DNA from: Candidatus Heimdallarchaeota archaeon
GTDB lineage: Archaea > Asgardarchaeota > Heimdallarchaeia > Hodarchaeales > Hodarchaeaceae
DNA length: 64,000 nucleotides
Direction of reading: 5' to 3'
Assembly (NCBI GenBank): GCA_011364965.1
Contig: RDOB01000004.1
Span: 424,769-488,768, forward strand
This document shows, piece after piece, positions 62,264 to 64,000 of the stretch. The position numbers and the translations under genes were made by a program. Below the pieces are notes generated by a model. The model was given only the letters and a program-made list of their open reading frames with translations. It did not search any database and had not been told where the DNA came from. How positions within the stretch are numbered: position 1 is the first letter of the stretch; each line of letters begins with the position of its first letter.

Positions 62264-63976
62264 TTACGATTTAAACTGAATCAACCCCAGTACTAGGCCT
62301 TTCACATGATTTGGAAAAAGCTTATTCATCTTAGCAATAGTTTCCAAGGCGGATTTTTTATCGAGCATAATTTCACTTAATACTTTGATCAGATAATCCT
62401 CATATGCGGGGGGATAATCTGGATCGGATAAAGCCTCATTCATGGCTTTTAATGCCTCCTCATACTTATGAAGCATAGTAAAAAGAGTATTAGCTTGGTT
62501 TAAATTGTCAATAGTGCGACCCTGAAACCTATACTCTTTTCCAGCAACATTGGTGATGCCAAATTTAGGGATAGGGGGAGCGTTCGGCTTTGTGTAGTAG
62601 TTAATCATATACTCTTTTCCACGCTTGGCAATATGCTCTGGAATTAATTGAACGATCATAAAATTACGACTCTTAAAGAAAAAGTTCACTGCCCCCATAA
62701 ATTCAACGTGAGGATCAGGAGGTTTATCCGAAGGCCAGAAATCCTTAATGAGGCTTTCATATCTCATTTTTACCTCCTTGAGGAAATTTTTCTGCGAAAT
62801 GGGCTTACTCATCAATCGCTTCCACTTCTGAGAAGTTAGGGTAAGAAAGACACGAGCTTCTCCACGGAGCGGATTTGCTTTCTTAGGATCAATTTGAGAA
62901 GCCTGTCTTAACGCGTTGAGAGCTTTATCATGTTCTTGCTTCTTTCCATAAGCATAACTGAGCCCTATATACGCGTCAACAGAATTCGAGTGATTTTGGA
63001 TAACAGAATCAAAACACAGGATGGCTGAATCAATAAGCATAGAATTTAAGAATTTTGAACCCAGGTCATTCAGTGTCTCGGGATCATTTGTGTGTTTTTG
63101 GATTAAAACATGAACATGCTTTTCCACTTCCTCTTCCCGACCTAATTTTTTCAAAAGAGCAAGCAAATTTGCCCAAGCTAAAAAATAATTAGCTTGTAAA
63201 TCTATAGATCTCTTCAGTGTACTTTCTGCCTCACGAAAACGCCCCATCTGGATTAAACAATCCCCTAGATTCATCCAACCCTGAGCAGAGGTCTCATCTA
63301 TCTCCAGAACTTTGCGATAGCTCTTTTCTGCTTCTTCAAACCTCTCAGTGAATCGATAGATTAACCCAAAATTCATCCAGGTTTGCAAATCACCCGGATT
63401 AAGGTCGAGTGCTTTTTGCGCGTAAGTTTCTGCGTCAGTGAATCTGGCCATTTGGATGTACAAATTACTTAAGGAAACCAACGGGGAGAATAAGGTTGGA
63501 TCTAATTTATGGGCTTGCTTATATCCGTTTTCCGCTCCAAGGAAGTTTTGGGTCTGAAAATAAACCTCACCTAACCGAAGCCACGCTTTCGCTTCAATCG
63601 AAGGTTGGGGGATTTCCAAACGTTGAAGCTTGTCTATACTCGCTTTTGTTAACACCTCCGCCTCGGAATATTGCTTTAAAGAAATCTGTATATTTACAAG
63701 GTTTCCAATAGCGTCAAAATCGTTTGGATCGCGTTTTAATACCTCTTCAAAAGCCTTTCTCGCCTCTTCAAATTGCTGAGCATAAAGTAATGCAATTCCG
63801 AGTTGATTCCAAGCAATAATCGATTCAGTATCTGTAGCTAAAATTTGCCGATAAATCTTGATAGCAGGGAGAAAATTACCCCGCAAGACATAAAACTCGC
63901 CAAGCAGGAACCAAAACGAAGAACTATCAGAATCTCCCGATAGTATACGCTTTAGAAGGTCATCAATCTGAGACAA
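62264..63976 (-). CDS. Tetratricopeptide-repeat protein
   Basis: About 10 TPR units (AWNQLG..A..AFEEVLKRDP; WMNLG..). Confidence 0.9.
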   Translation of the reverse strand: MSQIDDLLKRILSGDSDSSSFWFLLGEFYVLRGNFLPAIKIYRQILATDTESIIAWNQLGIALLYAQQFEEARKAFEEVLKRDPNDFDAIGNLVNIQISLKQYSEAEVLTKASIDKLQRLEIPQPSIEAKAWLRLGEVYFQTQNFLGAENGYKQAHKLDPTLFSPLVSLSNLYIQMARFTDAETYAQKALDLNPGDLQTWMNFGLIYRFTERFEEAEKSYRKVLEIDETSAQGWMNLGDCLIQMGRFREAESTLKRSIDLQANYFLAWANLLALLKKLGREEEVEKHVHVLIQKHTNDPETLNDLGSKFLNSMLIDSAILCFDSVIQNHSNSVDAYIGLSYAYGKKQEHDKALNALRQASQIDPKKANPLRGEARVFLTLTSQKWKRLMSKPISQKNFLKEVKMRYESLIKDFWPSDKPPDPHVEFMGAVNFFFKSRNFMIVQLIPEHIAKRGKEYMINYYTKPNAPPIPKFGITNVAGKEYRFQGRTIDNLNQANTLFTMLHKYEEALKAMNEALSDPDYPPAYEDYLIKVLSEIMLDKKSALETIAKMNKLFPNHVKGLVLGLIQFKS

Positions 63977-64000
63977 TTGATTTTGCTCAAAATAAATCGC

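Noticed and set aside
581-63711. Short ORFs nested in or antisense to larger genes (e.g. 581-907, 18806-19264, 24665-24970, 56929-57336, 57530-57763, 60504-60773)
   Set aside because: Shadow frames of well-supported CDSs or spanning an element junction; no independent evidence.
1-64000. tRNA or rRNA genes
   Set aside because: No cloverleaf or rRNA-like GC-rich segments recognised by eye.

Overview
AT-rich accessory region, most likely from an Asgard archaeon (Heimdallarchaeia/Hodarchaeales-like). This is an inference from a Rab-like protein, an archaeal-type SUI1 relic, GGTGA-type ribosome-binding sites, many appended zinc ribbons and GFE-TM-KKR C-terminal sorting tails. The window is a patchwork of 1-3-gene units: TldD/TldE, nitroreductases, GNATs, ICMT-family proteins, PadR-HAAS-MDR, SatD-Mrr/DUF3307, an FG-GAP surface protein, an ABC/FtsX pair, MFS-GH38, an AbiE type IV toxin-antitoxin pair, a TnpB element, a MazG-like protein and a TPR protein, plus several decayed genes. 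The main unexplained structure is a family of degenerate 100-200 bp intergenic repeats. There are 9 well-aligned copies and several weaker ones, almost all on the + strand, sitting between gene units and containing conserved internal palindromes with a compensatory change. The TnpB element is atypical: it has terminal inverted repeats and a 10-bp flanking direct repeat. No rRNA, tRNA or CRISPR array was recognised. All calls come from reading motifs by eye; no database search was run.
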